Source: Candidatus Sulfomarinibacteraceae bacterium (lineage in GTDB: Bacteria > Acidobacteriota > Thermoanaerobaculia > Thermoanaerobaculales > Sulfomarinibacteraceae). Taken from it: DNA of 64,000 nucleotides. The notes under the pieces were generated by a model. That model had not been told where the DNA came from. It searched no databases and saw only the letters and a list, made by a program, of their open reading frames with translations. How positions within the stretch are numbered: the first letter of the stretch is position 1; every line of letters starts with the position of its first letter. The DNA lies in NCBI GenBank assembly GCA_041552055.1, contig JBFELO010000007.1, forward strand, positions 564 through 64,563, in the 5' to 3' direction. The position numbers were made by a program, and so were the translations under genes. Positions 18,706-27,976 of the stretch are shown here, piece after piece.

Positions 18706-19594
18706 TGATGTCGGAGGTTTGAGTCGTCGAGATCTGGTAAGAGTGGGTACGGGTTTCGCGGTGGCGAAGATGCTCGGGTTGCGTCCGGCCGCCGGCGAGG
18801 CGACCGGCCCAGGTGCGAGTCGGATCGTGTTGGTCCGTCGGATTGAAGCCCTCGACGACGAGGAGAAGCCGGTTCCCGATGTCCTCCACGACATGCTCAA
18901 CGAGGCTGTCGAGGCGCTCTTCGACGTACAGTCCAGCGACGTCGCGTGGCGCGGACTGATCAATCCTGACGACGTCGTCGGGATCAAGAGCAATGTCTGG
19001 AGCCATCTGAGAACCCCCGTGGGGTTGGAGGAGGCGCTTCGGCGGGAGGTGCTCTCGGTCGGCGTCAAGCCGAGCGACGTGGCGGTGGACGATCGAGGGG
19101 TACGGGAAAACCCGGTGTTCGAGCGGGCAACGGCGTTGATCAACGTGCGGCCGATGCGGACTCACCACTGGTCGGGGCTCGGGACCTGTCTCAAGAACCT
19201 CATCATGTTCGTTCCGCGCCCCCCCGAGTACCACGACGACGCGTGCGCTCCGCTCGGGGCCCTCTGGAAACTGCCCCAGGTGGAGGGCAAGATCCGCCTC
19301 AACATCCTCGTCATGCTGACGCCGCAGTTCCACGGCGTCGGACCGCACAGCTTCTCGCGGGAGTTCGTTTGGCCCTACTACGGGTTGATCGTCGGTACAG
19401 ATCCGGTGGCGGTGGACGCGACCGGTGCGCGGATCATCCAGGCCCGGAGGAACCTCTACTTCGGTGAGGAGCGCCCGATCAGCCCGCGGCCGCACCACAT
19501 CGTCTACGCCGACACTCGGTACGGCCTCGGCAACAGTGATCCCGAGCGAATCGAGTTGATCCGGTTGGGCGCTACGGAGGGTTCTCTCATCTAG
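18698..19594 (+). CDS. DUF362 domain protein with Tat signal
   Basis: SRRDL Tat motif; VGIKSN, LINVRPMRTH..SG...CLKN, DPVAVD; overlaps the upstream stop. Confidence 0.85.
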   Translation: MTDDVGGLSRRDLVRVGTGFAVAKMLGLRPAAGEATGPGASRIVLVRRIEALDDEEKPVPDVLHDMLNEAVEALFDVQSSDVAWRGLINPDDVVGIKSNVWSHLRTPVGLEEALRREVLSVGVKPSDVAVDDRGVRENPVFERATALINVRPMRTHHWSGLGTCLKNLIMFVPRPPEYHDDACAPLGALWKLPQVEGKIRLNILVMLTPQFHGVGPHSFSREFVWPYYGLIVGTDPVAVDATGARIIQARRNLYFGEERPISPRPHHIVYADTRYGLGNSDPERIELIRLGATEGSLI

Positions 19595-19611
19595 GTGGTA
19601 CCATCGGCGCC

Positions 19612-21444
19612 GTGTTGGTGCCATCGGACCAATCCGCGAGACGCCCCTCCGGCGCTGGTCGTGGGGTACGGTTGCGACCGTTGCTGTTCGCCGCACTCGC
19701 GGCCACCGCGGCGATGGCGGGCGCCGGGTGCTCCCGACCGGCCGCCGAGTGGGTCCTTTTCGACGATCCGCTCCTGAGGAACGCGAAGGCCGAGGAGGAG
19801 GGTGCGTTTGCGGTCGGGGAGTGCTCGTGCGCCGACGAGACCTACGCGGCCCTCAGTTGGCCGGAAGGGCAGGCATCCTTCGAGGCCGAGCTCGCCTGGG
19901 AGCGGTACCCGCAGCTGGTCATCTCGGGCTGTCTCGAGTGTTCTGACGGTGGGATGATCGGGCAGTACGGGCGAGTTCAGTGGGTCATTCACACCGAATC
20001 CGCCGACCACACCGGCGAGGTCTCGCCGGCTGCTGATCAGGGGTGGTGGAGCCACACGAGCACGCTCGACGTCGGCCCCGGCACGGGGAGTCTGTCGATT
20101 CGGTCCGAAGTGCCGCGGGGGTGCGCGCTCTTCTTGCGGGAGATCCATGTTCGGTCCAGGGAGCGCCTGGAGGCCGCTCGACTGGCGCCGCCGCAGATCC
20201 TGCTGATCTCGGTGGACACCCTGCGCCACGATGCGGTTGGGACCGGATGGTCCTCAGTCGCGACGCCGCAACTCGATCGGTTCGCCCGCGAGGCGGAAGT
20301 CTGGCCGGTCCACTACGCCGGCGCGTCGTGGACCCTGGCGTCCCACGCCACGATGCTCACCGGGTATCCGTCATGGGTGCACATGGCCCACCGGGAGGAC
20401 GCCGTCATCAACCCGTCCATTCCGACACTCGCGGAACGGTTGTCAGCACACGGACTGGCGACCGGGGCGATGGTCTTCGACTGCGGGTGGCTGGCGCCTG
20501 AACGGGGGTTCGGGCGCGGCTTCGATGGATACCGGGTCGAGCGGTGGCGGGTCGAGCGCCAGGCGCGTGAGGTACTGCGCTGGATTCGGGACCACCGCGA
20601 GCGTCCGTTCTTCTTTTTCTTCCACACCTTCGAGCCCCACTCGGACTTCAACCGCCTCCCGTACGAGGCGCCCAGCATCAGCCGCGACACGGTTCGTGAG
20701 CTGTTCTCGGTCAATGAATACGGCTGTCGGCGGGGTCGCTGCGCCTCGATGATGCTGCGCGGCATCAACGAGGGGGTCGTTCCGGTCAAGCCGCACGACG
20801 CGACGATTCTGAGGTACCTCTACGGTGCGGGAGTGCGTCACACCGACGCCGCCCTCGGTGAGTTCTTCGACGCGCTGCGCGAGGCCGGCGTCTGGGACAA
20901 TCTCGTCGTCATCGTGACCAGCGACCACGGTGAAGCGTTCCTCGAGCACGGGCGCGTGGGGCACAGCAGCCTGCACGAGGAGATCATCCGTGTGCCGCTG
21001 CTGATCAAGTGGGCCTACGGTGCGCGGGGCGGTGTGGAGAACCCGGTCCGGTCGTCGTCGATCGACCTGACGCCGACGCTGCTCGAGCTGTCCGGCGTTG
21101 ATTATGCGGACCTCCCCGGCTCCCATCTCCACCGACTGGATCCGGGCCGCGCGGTCATGGCGGGTGACTACGCCAAGGCGGTGGTCGTCGGCGACGTCAA
21201 GGGGATCTTCGGGGGCCCGAGGAAGGTCAACGAGATGTACAACCTCGATCTCGACCCGGGGGAGACGGACAACCTCGTCCGGCGTGAGCATCGGCGGCGC
21301 AACCAGCTGATCAAACGGCTGTACCAGCTGGTGCAACGCGATCGCCGGATCCTCGAGGAACACGGCGCGACGGCGGAGATCAACACGCTACAGCTGACGC
21401 CGGATCAGGAGGAACGCCTGCGAGCCCTGGGTTACCTTGAGTAG
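19612..21444 (+). CDS. Sulfatase-like hydrolase/transferase, lipoprotein (start uncertain)
   Basis: Lipobox GAGC; VDTLRHD, ASWTLASHATMLTG, HTFEPH, SDHGEAF, ERLRALGYL. Confidence 0.85.
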   Translation: MLVPSDQSARRPSGAGRGVRLRPLLFAALAATAAMAGAGCSRPAAEWVLFDDPLLRNAKAEEEGAFAVGECSCADETYAALSWPEGQASFEAELAWERYPQLVISGCLECSDGGMIGQYGRVQWVIHTESADHTGEVSPAADQGWWSHTSTLDVGPGTGSLSIRSEVPRGCALFLREIHVRSRERLEAARLAPPQILLISVDTLRHDAVGTGWSSVATPQLDRFAREAEVWPVHYAGASWTLASHATMLTGYPSWVHMAHREDAVINPSIPTLAERLSAHGLATGAMVFDCGWLAPERGFGRGFDGYRVERWRVERQAREVLRWIRDHRERPFFFFFHTFEPHSDFNRLPYEAPSISRDTVRELFSVNEYGCRRGRCASMMLRGINEGVVPVKPHDATILRYLYGAGVRHTDAALGEFFDALREAGVWDNLVVIVTSDHGEAFLEHGRVGHSSLHEEIIRVPLLIKWAYGARGGVENPVRSSSIDLTPTLLELSGVDYADLPGSHLHRLDPGRAVMAGDYAKAVVVGDVKGIFGGPRKVNEMYNLDLDPGETDNLVRREHRRRNQLIKRLYQLVQRDRRILEEHGATAEINTLQLTPDQEERLRALGYLE

Positions 21445-22667
21445 CCAACCGTCGACGACTCGATCGCCCCCGTTGACTCAACGGCCTCCAGCGCCTGTGT
21501 GAAGTCGGCGATCAGGTCGTCGACGTCCTCGCATCCGACCGAAACCCGCACCAGGCCGTCGCTGATGCCAGCGGCGAGTCTGTCCTCATGGCTCATCGCC
21601 GCGTGGGTCATGCTCGCGGGGTGCTGGATCAGGGTCTCGATGCCGCCGAGGGACACCGCGAGCGTCATCAGCCTGACATGGTCGAGCAGCCGCTGGCCGG
21701 CCTCGACCCCTCCCTTGATCTCGAACGACAGCAGCGCACCGGGTCCGTCCATCTGGCGGACCGCCAGGCGGTGCTGGGGGTGGCTGGCGAGGCCGGGGTA
21801 GCGCACCCATTCGACGGCCGGATGCGCCTCGAGAAACGATGCGACGCGCAGCGCGTTGTCCTGCGATGCGCGCACCCGCATTGAGAGTGTCTTCAGACCG
21901 CGCAGAACGAGCCATGCCTGGTGCGGGTCCATGCACGCACCCAGATAACGGTGGACGGATCGGATCTTCCGCACCAGACCATCGGTGCGCGGGACGATGA
22001 CACCCGCGACGACGTCGGTGTGTCCGTTGAGGAACTTCGTCGCCGAGTGTATGACCAGGTCGGCGCCGTTGGCCAGCGGCCGTTGCAGCATCGGGGTCGC
22101 GAACGTGTTGTCGACCATCATGAGCGCACCGTGTGTGTGAGCGATCTCGGCGACCGACTGGAGATCGGTCAGCACGATCGTCGGGTTGGCCGGGGTTTCC
22201 ACGAACACGAGTGACGTGTTGGGCCGGAGTGCCGCTCGAACCGCGTCGAGGTCCGAGGTGTCGACAAAGGTCGACTGCACCCCGAACCGGCTGAAGTCTC
22301 TTTCGAACACCACCCTGGAGGGACCGTAGACCGACGCCGTACCCACCACGTGATCTCCCGCCTGCAGCAGTGCGAATGCAACGGTGCACAACGCGGCCAT
22401 GCCCGACGAGGTGGCGAGGGCCCCGGCACCGCCCTCGAGCGTCGCGACGGCCTCCTCGAACCGGGCGACGGTCGGGTTGCCTATCCTGGTGTAGATGAAC
22501 CCGTCCTCCGTGCCGGCGAAGCGGTTGGCTCCCTGTTGGCTGCTGGAGAAGGCAAAGGTCGACGACTGAAAGATCGGCGCCACCACCGCGCCGGTGTGGG
22601 GATCCGGATGTTGACCGGCGTGGATTGTCTGTGTGGTTCGGCTGTATCGTTTCGCGTCGTCGGTCAT
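21432..22667 (-). CDS. PLP-dependent trans-sulfuration enzyme (methionine gamma-lyase/cystathionine lyase family)
   Basis: YTRIGNPT, SSGMAA, ETPANPT, DNTFATP, HSATKFLNGH, AVSLGG.ETL..HP; SD AGGAGG. Confidence 0.92.
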   Translation of the reverse strand: MTDDAKRYSRTTQTIHAGQHPDPHTGAVVAPIFQSSTFAFSSSQQGANRFAGTEDGFIYTRIGNPTVARFEEAVATLEGGAGALATSSGMAALCTVAFALLQAGDHVVGTASVYGPSRVVFERDFSRFGVQSTFVDTSDLDAVRAALRPNTSLVFVETPANPTIVLTDLQSVAEIAHTHGALMMVDNTFATPMLQRPLANGADLVIHSATKFLNGHTDVVAGVIVPRTDGLVRKIRSVHRYLGACMDPHQAWLVLRGLKTLSMRVRASQDNALRVASFLEAHPAVEWVRYPGLASHPQHRLAVRQMDGPGALLSFEIKGGVEAGQRLLDHVRLMTLAVSLGGIETLIQHPASMTHAAMSHEDRLAAGISDGLVRVSVGCEDVDDLIADFTQALEAVESTGAIESSTVGYSR

Positions 22668-22868
22668 CGCGCCTCCTGCGTTCCGTAGTGTACTCCTTGC
22701 GCGCAAGTGTTTGGAGCGAGGAGAGTAGCATCGTTGAAAACATGAGCAACCGGTCTCCTGCGGCCAGCTCCTGGCGCGCGGACTCGGCGGGCAATGTTGG
22801 TTCGGGAAGCTGCTCACGCGGCAGAGCCGGATCGGCTACTATCGGGCCGGCCGATCCTGGAGGAAGCA

Positions 22869-24371
22869 GTGTCGCAATCGAATCTGAGAATCCTCATGGT
22901 GACCAGCGAGGTCGATCCGTTCGCCAAGATCGGCGGCCTCGCGGACATGGTGGGTTCTTTGGCACGGCAGTTGGCATCCACCGGGGTCGACGTCCGCATC
23001 GTACTGCCGCGGTACTACGTCGTCGACATCGGCAAGCTGCGGCGGATCGACGAACCGCTCGGAGTGCCGGTCGGGGGAGGCGAGGAGTGGTGTGCGATCT
23101 ACACCGCGCGCCTGCCTCGGTCGGAAGTCACGGTCTACTTTCTCGACCACGAGGAGCTGTACGGCCGGGACGGTGTCTACGGCACGCGGATGGAGCCGAG
23201 CTTCGACGACAACCTGCGCCGGTTCACGGTGTTGTGTCGCGGCGCCCTGCAGCTCGCACGGCGGCTCGACTGGGTTCCCGATGTGATCCACTGTCACGAC
23301 TGGCCTGGCGCTCTGGTGCCAGCCTACCTGGACACCCTCGAGGCCGAAGGCCCGTTCTCGCGGACCGCGAGTGTCTTCACGATCCACAACATGGGCTACC
23401 AGGGTGAGTTCCCGGTCGCGGAATTCTCATACACGGGGTTTGACCGGGATCAGTTCCGTTCGCTCGGATTCGAGCTCGACGGTCAGGTCAATCTGTTGCA
23501 GGCGGGCATCACCAACGCGGACATCCTCACCACGGTGTCGCCGACGTACGCAGCCGAGATCCAGACGCCCGAATTCGGACATGGGCTGGACAATCTGCTC
23601 CGTGCCCGCGCGTCGGATCCCGTCGGTGTCCTCAACGGCGCCGACTATGAAACGTGGAATCCGGAGACCGATCCCCACCTCGCCGTCAATTACTCCCACC
23701 GGAGCCTCGGTCGCAAGGCGAAGAACAAGGCGGTCCTTCAGGCGGAGATGGGCCTGCCGGAGGATCCAGGGGTGCCGCTGTACGGAATGGTGAGCCGCCT
23801 CGTGGAGCAGAAGGGGTTCGGTGCACTGTGCGGCCCCGATCACGGTCGGTTGTTCTCGATCTGCGACGATTTCGACCTCCAGTTCGTGATCTTGGGAACG
23901 GGCGAGGCGTGGTGCGAGGAGGAGCTGCGAACGCTGTCGGCCCGCCTTCCGAACCTCGCCGTCAAGCTCGATTTCGACAATCGGCTCGCCCACTCGATCA
24001 TGGCGGGGAGCGACTTCTTCCCGATGCCCAGTCGTTACGAACCGTGTGGGTTGAGCCAGATGTATGCCCTCCGATACGGGACCCTGCCCATCGTTCGGAG
24101 GACCGGCGGCCTCGCGGACACGGTCGACAACTACGACCAGGCGACCGGGGACGGAACCGGTTTCGTGTTCGATGAACTGACGCCGTCCGCGATCTACGAC
24201 ACCGTCGGGTGGGCTCTGTGGACCTGGCACCATCGCGCCGAGCACCTGACGGCGATGCGCAAGCGGGCCATGAAGGCGAGGTTTTCGTGGGCCGACTCGG
24301 CGCAGCGGTACGTCGGGCTGTACCGGGAAGCTCTCGAGCGACGAACGCGTTCCGAGGCCGTCGAGCGTTAG
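22869..24371 (+). CDS. glgA: Glycogen synthase (GT5)
   Basis: KIGGLAD, DVIHCHDW, TIHNMGYQG, SRLVEQKG, PSRYEPCGL; GTG start after GGAGGA. Confidence 0.95.
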   Translation: MSQSNLRILMVTSEVDPFAKIGGLADMVGSLARQLASTGVDVRIVLPRYYVVDIGKLRRIDEPLGVPVGGGEEWCAIYTARLPRSEVTVYFLDHEELYGRDGVYGTRMEPSFDDNLRRFTVLCRGALQLARRLDWVPDVIHCHDWPGALVPAYLDTLEAEGPFSRTASVFTIHNMGYQGEFPVAEFSYTGFDRDQFRSLGFELDGQVNLLQAGITNADILTTVSPTYAAEIQTPEFGHGLDNLLRARASDPVGVLNGADYETWNPETDPHLAVNYSHRSLGRKAKNKAVLQAEMGLPEDPGVPLYGMVSRLVEQKGFGALCGPDHGRLFSICDDFDLQFVILGTGEAWCEEELRTLSARLPNLAVKLDFDNRLAHSIMAGSDFFPMPSRYEPCGLSQMYALRYGTLPIVRRTGGLADTVDNYDQATGDGTGFVFDELTPSAIYDTVGWALWTWHHRAEHLTAMRKRAMKARFSWADSAQRYVGLYREALERRTRSEAVER

Positions 24372-25363
24372 CCGTACCTCCGCCAGATCAAGAACAGCCC
24401 CGCCGCCAGCAAGACCATCACGAATGCGGCCAGCCCGGTTCCGCCGAGCGTCGGGATCGCGACTTCGATCGGCTCGGGTGCCGCGAACCCCTCGACCACG
24501 AGCACGACGTCGGTAGCCGCACCAAAGGTGGAAAAGAGGAAGTCACCGGTGAGCGGGTCGGTCACCGCGCCTTCTGCCCCGTCGAGACCGGTGATGAAAT
24601 CCGCTCGTGTCGCCACGACGGGATCGCCACTGCCGTTGACCTCATACGCCGCGACGTTGTTGGCGGACCACTCTGACACCAGTACGCTCGGGACGGGGAA
24701 ATCCGGCGATCCGGTCGGCACGTAGATGAATCCTTCCGGCCCACCGGGGAGTGTCGTGCGGAGATCAGCCGCCGTGATGTCGTAGGTCCCGGTCCCGTCC
24801 GGGGAGAACGTCAGGTCGTACCACTGGCCGCCCGACCAGCTGCAGATCTTGAGGCTGCCGGCGCCGGGCTGTCCAGGCGGCACGAATGTCAAAGCGCCCG
24901 GGCCACCGCCTGTCACGCCGAGAGGATCGAGATCGACGATCTTGTCGGCGTCCGTGCTGCCCCATTCCACCTGTCCGATCTCGTTGACCGGCCAGCGGGC
25001 CAGAAACAGCACGTCGTCGGGACCCCAGTCGACACCACCGTCGTTGTATGCACCATCGCAGTAGAAGGTCGCGGTCCCGGAGAACCCGATCACGTGGTTT
25101 TCAGCGTCCCGCACCACACCGATCGAGTAGATCTCTCCGGCCGCGGTGTTGGCGGCGCCGCCGATCAGCAGGGTGTTCGGATCGCCCAGGAGGAACGTGA
25201 GGCCGCCGTACGGCGTCGGGAGTCCTGGGACGGGCCCGAGGTTGTTCAGCGTGTAGTTGACGTCGAAGGGCGGTTGGATCGTTTGTGTGTCGGCGGGAGC
25301 AGCCACCAGGGCGACAGCCGCCACCAATGCCGACGTGAGTCCCCGGACTCCGGATCGGTTCAT
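24368..25363 (-). CDS. Secreted beta-propeller-like protein with an IPTL-CTERM sorting signal
   Basis: Signal peptide; C-terminus IPTLGGTG, then a TM helix, then WRR. Confidence 0.8.
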   Translation of the reverse strand: MNRSGVRGLTSALVAAVALVAAPADTQTIQPPFDVNYTLNNLGPVPGLPTPYGGLTFLLGDPNTLLIGGAANTAAGEIYSIGVVRDAENHVIGFSGTATFYCDGAYNDGGVDWGPDDVLFLARWPVNEIGQVEWGSTDADKIVDLDPLGVTGGGPGALTFVPPGQPGAGSLKICSWSGGQWYDLTFSPDGTGTYDITAADLRTTLPGGPEGFIYVPTGSPDFPVPSVLVSEWSANNVAAYEVNGSGDPVVATRADFITGLDGAEGAVTDPLTGDFLFSTFGAATDVVLVVEGFAAPEPIEVAIPTLGGTGLAAFVMVLLAAGLFLIWRRYG

Positions 25364-25554
25364 CAGGACCTACTCCTGATTGCCACGACCGAACTCGGCG
25401 GCTGCCGCGAGGACACACCGCCGTGATCCGTCTTGGTGATCTCGTCTTTCATGGTTCTCCTGAGAAATGTACGACCTCGAGCGACGATCGTCAATCGCTG
25501 GCGCCAATCTTCGCGGCGTCACGGCGGTGGATGGTATCGAGTAGAATTGGCCCG

Positions 25555-26046
25555 ATGGATCGTAGGTGGGCCGCCCGTCTCATCGTCGTCGCTGTGGTGG
25601 TGGCCCTCGGCCTGGTGATTCGGTCCTACTTTTCGCCCGCCAATGTGGTGAAGCGATCACTGCTCGCGGCCATCGAGTCGTTCGAGCAGGAGCAGATGCT
25701 TGGTGCGATGCACCCGGTGTCGCGCAGGTACAGCGATCGCTGGGGAATGAGCTATGAGGCCGTCGCGGCTCACCTGCGTGGCATCATGGAGAGCTTCGAT
25801 GCGCTCGAGGTCGACCTCGATCCGCCCGACGTCACGGTCGAGGGCGACGAAGCCCTCGTCCGCATGCGGTTCGTCGTGTCGGGGCATGCCGGCGGGAACA
25901 GCGGATACGTGCTCGGCAGCCGCGCCGAGCCGTGCACGGCAAGCCAGCGGTGGCGCAAGGAACCGCAGGGCTGGCGAATCGTCACCACCGAGGAGCTCGA
26001 CATCCCGGAGCTGCGCGACGAGCTGGCCGAGATGGAATCCAGGTAG
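25555..26046 (+). CDS. Membrane-anchored NTF2/SnoaL-like hypothetical protein
   Basis: N-terminal TM; VTVEGDEALV...WRKEPQGWRIV; TAGAAT 7 nt before the ATG. Confidence 0.7.
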   Translation: MDRRWAARLIVVAVVVALGLVIRSYFSPANVVKRSLLAAIESFEQEQMLGAMHPVSRRYSDRWGMSYEAVAAHLRGIMESFDALEVDLDPPDVTVEGDEALVRMRFVVSGHAGGNSGYVLGSRAEPCTASQRWRKEPQGWRIVTTEELDIPELRDELAEMESR

Positions 26047-26111
26047 CTCGCCCAGGAGTGACGCGCACGGCAGCCGATGTCTGGTACTTCCCCCGTCTCG
26101 GTGAGAATTGT

Positions 26112-26150
26112 CGGGTGGGTGGGGGATCAAGCATCCAGCATCCAGCATCT
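26112..26150 (-). repeat. Heptamer repeat (GATGCTG) with C-tract
   Basis: Reverse complement agatgctggatgctggatgcttgatcccccacccacccg resembles 10638-10677. Confidence 0.75.
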
Positions 26151-26201
26151 CAAGCGAGTATTCGGGTGGATGCTCGGGCACGGACCCTCGACACCAGCAG
26201 C

Positions 26202-27242
26202 TTAGGCCGCCATCACCCGACGCACCGCGTCGGCCGCTTTCTCGACGTCCTCCATCGTGATGTGGTGGTGGGTTACCAGCCGTACCAGGTTGGCGCCGAG
26301 AGCGTGCACGAGCACGCCCTCCGCGGCGAGTCCGGCAGCCAGCTCGCCGGCGGTGATGCGAGCGTCGTCGCAGAGTGCGCAGCACAGGATGTTGGTTTCG
26401 ACCGTGTCGAGATCGAGCTCGATGCCGGGGATCTCGACCAGTAGTTCGCCGAGCCGGCGAGCGGTGGCATGATCGTCGGCGAGCCGCGGCAGGATCTCGT
26501 CCAGAGCGACCAGACCCGCCGCGGCGATCACGCCGGCCTGACGCATACCACCGCCGAACATCTTGCGCACACGATGGGCCTCGCCGATGGTGTCGCGGTC
26601 GCCCACCAGCATTGAGCCCACCGGCGCTCCCAGACCTTTGGACAGGCAGAACATGGTCGTGTCGCAGCCGGCCGCCAGCTCCGCTGCCCGCACTCCCAGC
26701 GCGGCTGCGGCGTTGTGGATCCGGGCGCCGTCAAGGTGTACCGGAAGTCCGTGCCGCTTGGCGACCGCCACCAGCTCGCGCGTCCGATCCGGCGCCATCA
26801 CGCGGCCTCCGGCGAGGTTGTGGGTGTTCTCCAACGCCACCATCGACGTCGCTGTCCGATACCCTGTGGTGGGCTGGATCGCTCGCTCGAGCTGGTCGGG
26901 CTCCATCACCCCGTCCGCCGTCGTCACCGGTCTGGCGAGTGCTCCGGAGAGTGCGGCCATCGCGCCCATCTCGAAGTTGAAGATGTGGCAGTCCGCCTCA
27001 CCGATCACCTCCGAGCCTCGCTTCGACAGGATGTGGACCGCGATCTGGTTCGCCATCGTACCGGACGGAACCAGCAGTGCCGCCTCGCGCTCCATCAACT
27101 GTGCCGTCCGCTCCTGGAGCCGGTTGATGGTGGGGTCCTCGCCATAGACGTCGTCGCCCACCTCGGCAGCCGCCATGGCACGTCGCATGGACTGTGTCGG
27201 TTGTGTTACGGTGTCGGATCGAAGGTCGATCGGGCCTTTCAT
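26202..27242 (-). CDS. ltaE: Low-specificity L-threonine aldolase
   Basis: [49 protein letters not shown]. Confidence 0.95.
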   Translation of the reverse strand: MKGPIDLRSDTVTQPTQSMRRAMAAAEVGDDVYGEDPTINRLQERTAQLMEREAALLVPSGTMANQIAVHILSKRGSEVIGEADCHIFNFEMGAMAALSGALARPVTTADGVMEPDQLERAIQPTTGYRTATSMVALENTHNLAGGRVMAPDRTRELVAVAKRHGLPVHLDGARIHNAAAALGVRAAELAAGCDTTMFCLSKGLGAPVGSMLVGDRDTIGEAHRVRKMFGGGMRQAGVIAAAGLVALDEILPRLADDHATARRLGELLVEIPGIELDLDTVETNILCCALCDDARITAGELAAGLAAEGVLVHALGANLVRLVTHHHITMEDVEKAADAVRRVMAA

Positions 27243-27270
27243 GGGAGCCCATTTTACACGGTGCGGGAAC

Positions 27271-27299
27271 TTGACTTCTCGCTGGTGCATGGCTAGGAT
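27271..27299 (+). promoter_or_regulatory. Sigma-70 promoter of the act operon (probably leaderless)
   Basis: TTGACT-N17-TAGGAT, 8 nt before ATG 27308, no SD. Confidence 0.6.
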
Positions 27300-27307
27300 T
27301 GCGCCTC

Positions 27308-27976
27308 ATGACTGACGATAAGTCGAATGATATCTTCGTTTTCCCTAGGTGGACGTGGATCCTGCGACCAGGAATCGCCGCTGCTGCGGTGGGTGGCGTG
27401 CTGTACGCCACGGTCGTGGTGACGTTCGGCTTTTCTCCCAGGGCGACCGACGTTGGTTATGCGCCGGAGCAGCCGGTGCCGTACAGCCACGCACTGCACG
27501 TCGGCCAGCTCGGAATCGACTGCAGGTATTGCCACAACACGGTCGAGGGCGCGGCGCACGCGGCGGTTCCGCCGACCCAGACCTGCATGAATTGCCACGC
27601 GGCGATCCGCGCCAACTCCGAGAAGCTGATCCCGGTGCGCGAAAGCTACGCCACCGGAATGCCGGTGGAGTGGGTGCGGGTTCATGATCTTCCGGATTAC
27701 GTGTACTTCGACCACTCGGCGCACGTTCGCAGAGGAGTGGGGTGCGTTTCATGCCACGGCCGAGTGGACACCATGGAGATCGTTTCCCAGGTGGAGCGGC
27801 TTAGCATGGGGTGGTGTCTCGACTGCCACCGCAACCCCGAGCGACATCTCCGACCGGTCGAGTTCGTGACCCGGCTCGATTGGGTCCCCGAGGAGGACCA
27901 GTTGGCCCTCGGTCGCCGGCTCCGCGAGGAACAGAACATCAACCCCAGGGTGGACTGCAACACATGCCATCGCTAA
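27308..27976 (+). CDS. actA: Alternative complex III pentahaem cytochrome c subunit
   Basis: One TM helix; five CxxCH motifs (CRYCH, CMNCH, CVSCH, CLDCH, CNTCH); LPDYVYFDH, LSMGWC. Confidence 0.93.
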   Translation: MTDDKSNDIFVFPRWTWILRPGIAAAAVGGVLYATVVVTFGFSPRATDVGYAPEQPVPYSHALHVGQLGIDCRYCHNTVEGAAHAAVPPTQTCMNCHAAIRANSEKLIPVRESYATGMPVEWVRVHDLPDYVYFDHSAHVRRGVGCVSCHGRVDTMEIVSQVERLSMGWCLDCHRNPERHLRPVEFVTRLDWVPEEDQLALGRRLREEQNINPRVDCNTCHR

